From: Chiloscyllium plagiosum
Taxonomy: Eukaryota
Direction: 5' to 3'
DNA: 22,326 bases
Assembly: GCF_004010195.1 (NCBI RefSeq)
Contig: NC_057720.1
Location: 12,537,139 to 12,559,464, forward strand
Both the position numbers and the translations under genes were made by a program. The notes under the pieces were generated by a model. It was not told the origin of the DNA. It saw nothing but the letters and a program-made list of their open reading frames with translations, and did no database searches. Within the stretch, counting starts at the first letter, position 1. Each line of letters begins with the position of its first letter. Below, piece after piece: positions 20,748 through 22,326 of the stretch.

Positions 20748-21207
20748 TCCTGCTCCCATGCCCACATGTCTGTCCTTGGCCTGCTGCAATGTTCCAGTGA
20801 AGCTCAACGCAAACTGGAGGAACAGCATCTCATCTTCCGACGAGGCACGTTACAGCCTGCTGGTCTCAACACTGAATTCAACAACTTCAGATGATTATCC
20901 CAGCTTGACCCCTCTGTTTTCATTCTGTTCTGTAATTTTATTTTGATTATTTTATTTGTTTTTAAAACTTTTTTTTTTCACTGTTCTGTACCTCTTATTT
21001 CTTGATTGTCTCTCTTTCTCTCGCTCCCCACTTTCTCATCACCTTTTCCTCTCCTCTTCCCGCTTTGCTACCCTTCTCCCCTGTTTTCCATTTTGCCTCT
21101 GCTTCACCCACCCCCCCATCCCCCACATGTTTTGTCACATAGCACTGGCTTCAGCCTTGGTCATTCACAGCTCCTAATTTCCCTATAATCTCTCTATGCA
21201 CTGTCAT
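20748..21207 (+). mobile_element. Penelope-like element fragment: GIY-YIG endonuclease C-terminus and pyrimidine-rich 3' UTR
   Basis: 20748-20894 reads SCSHAHMSVLGLLQCSSEAQRKLEEQHLIFRRGTLQPAGLNTEFNNFR*, with the RKLEEQHLIF...QP.GLN signature of PLE endonucleases. Confidence 0.85.
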
Positions 21208-22326
21208 AAAGTAATAAAGTAATTAACTAAGCAGAGATGGCTGGGCAGGTGGTGTGCTGTAGCTGTATGATGTGGGAGCTGACTGATCCCATTGTGAACG
21301 GTAGTGACCACATCTGCAGCAAGTGTTGGTTGCTGGAAGAACTCCGGATCAGAGTTGATGATCTGGAATCTGAGCTTCAAACACTGCGGCGCATCCGGGA
21401 GGGGGACAGTTACCTGGACACTTTGTTTCAGGAGGCAGTCACACCTGGGAGATTAAGTAATTCACATTCAGTTAGTGATCAGGCACAAAAGAGTGTGACT
21501 GTAAGTGAGGCAGGTAGGGGGAACCTGAGTTCAGGAGTGCAGGAGCCTCAGCCCTTGACCTTGTCCAACAGGTATGAGATTCTTGCTCCCTGTTCGGATG
21601 AGGAAAAGGGCTCTGGACAGGATGAGCCAACTGACCAAGGCACCATGGTCCAGAAGGCCATTCAAGAGGGGGGAGCTAATAGACAAGTAGTGGTTATAGG
21701 GGATTCTATAATTAGGGCGACAGATAGTATCCTATGCAAGCCGGATCGGAAGTTTCGTATGGTGTGTTGCCTGCCCGGTGCCAGGGTGAGAGACATCTCC
21801 GACCGTCTTGAAAGGATATTGGAGCGGGAGGGGGAGGATCCAGTTGTTGTGGTCCACGTTGGTACCAACAACATAGACAAGATTAGGGTGGAGGACCTGT
21901 TTGGACATTACGAAGCACTAGGCAGGAAATTGAAGCACAGGTCCTCAAGGGTCATAATCTCCGGATTACTGCCCGAGCCACGTGCCAATTGGCATAGGGA
22001 CAAGAAAATTAGGCAAGTAAACACGTGGCTAAGGGATTGGTGTGGGAAAGAGGGATTCCACTTCATGAGGCATTGGCATCAGTTTTGGAACAGGGGGGAT
22101 CTGTACCATTGGGACGGTCTCCACCTGAACCGATCAGGTACCAATATTCTAGCGAAGAGGATAAATAGGATGGTCAGTAGGACTTTAAACTTCTGAGTTG
22201 GGGGGAAGGGAAAGTCAAAGCGACAGGGAGTATGGAGGTAAATGGCAAGATAAGCAGCAGGATAGAATGTTTCCAGGCGGATTTAAAATTGAGGCAGACT
22301 GAGAATACAGTAAAAAGCAAGGATAA
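21208..22326 (+). mobile_element. Younger CR1 LINE (different family), continuing past the window end
   Basis: Short AT-rich leader, intact ORF1, then purine-rich inter-ORF sequence; ORF2 expected downstream. Confidence 0.85.
21237..22196 (+). CDS. CR1 LINE ORF1 protein (zinc finger, leucine zipper, SGNH/GDSL esterase), intact, 319 aa
   Basis: CCSC...CSKC finger; heptad LEELRIRVDDLESELQTL; SGNH blocks IGDSII, PGA, VHVGTNN, DGLHL. No stop or frameshift. Confidence 0.92.
   Translation: MAGQVVCCSCMMWELTDPIVNGSDHICSKCWLLEELRIRVDDLESELQTLRRIREGDSYLDTLFQEAVTPGRLSNSHSVSDQAQKSVTVSEAGRGNLSSGVQEPQPLTLSNRYEILAPCSDEEKGSGQDEPTDQGTMVQKAIQEGGANRQVVVIGDSIIRATDSILCKPDRKFRMVCCLPGARVRDISDRLERILEREGEDPVVVVHVGTNNIDKIRVEDLFGHYEALGRKLKHRSSRVIISGLLPEPRANWHRDKKIRQVNTWLRDWCGKEGFHFMRHWHQFWNRGDLYHWDGLHLNRSGTNILAKRINRMVSRTLNF

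Noticed and set aside
20267..20767. 166-aa minus-strand ORF
   Set aside because: Antisense to decayed CR1 ORF1; no recognisable domain.
1..22326. CRISPR array or prokaryotic operon
   Set aside because: No regularly spaced repeat-spacer array; the window has spliceosomal introns and vertebrate retroelements.

Overview
Eukaryotic (vertebrate) genomic DNA, most likely from a shark or other elasmobranch. This is inferred from the HE1-type V-SINEs, DeuSINEs and CR1 tail repeats. The first ~6 kb holds the last three coding exons of a + strand GIPC-family PDZ adaptor gene (most similar to GIPC2; exons 1019-1131, 3090-3171, 3571-3722) and a probable ~2.3 kb 3' UTR with no recognisable repeats. The remaining ~16 kb is intergenic and densely filled with nested retroelements: CR1 LINEs (two decayed copies of one family in opposite orientation, many 3' fragments, and one copy with an intact 319-aa zinc-finger/leucine-zipper/SGNH-esterase ORF1), SINEs, an L2-like fragment and at least nine Penelope-like element (PLE) remnants. 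The most notable signal is a set of PLE-derived fold-back insertions bounded by target-site duplications that carry minimal type I hammerhead ribozyme motifs. The best example is a young 231-bp insertion (14222-14452) with 92-bp near-perfect inverted arms, a perfect 14-bp TSD and back-to-back hammerheads on opposite strands. Hammerheads in PLEs are already known; the fold-back architecture and the apparent coincidence of breakpoints with the ribozyme edge are what merit follow-up. Most ORFs in the supplied track are spurious or are repeat fragments.
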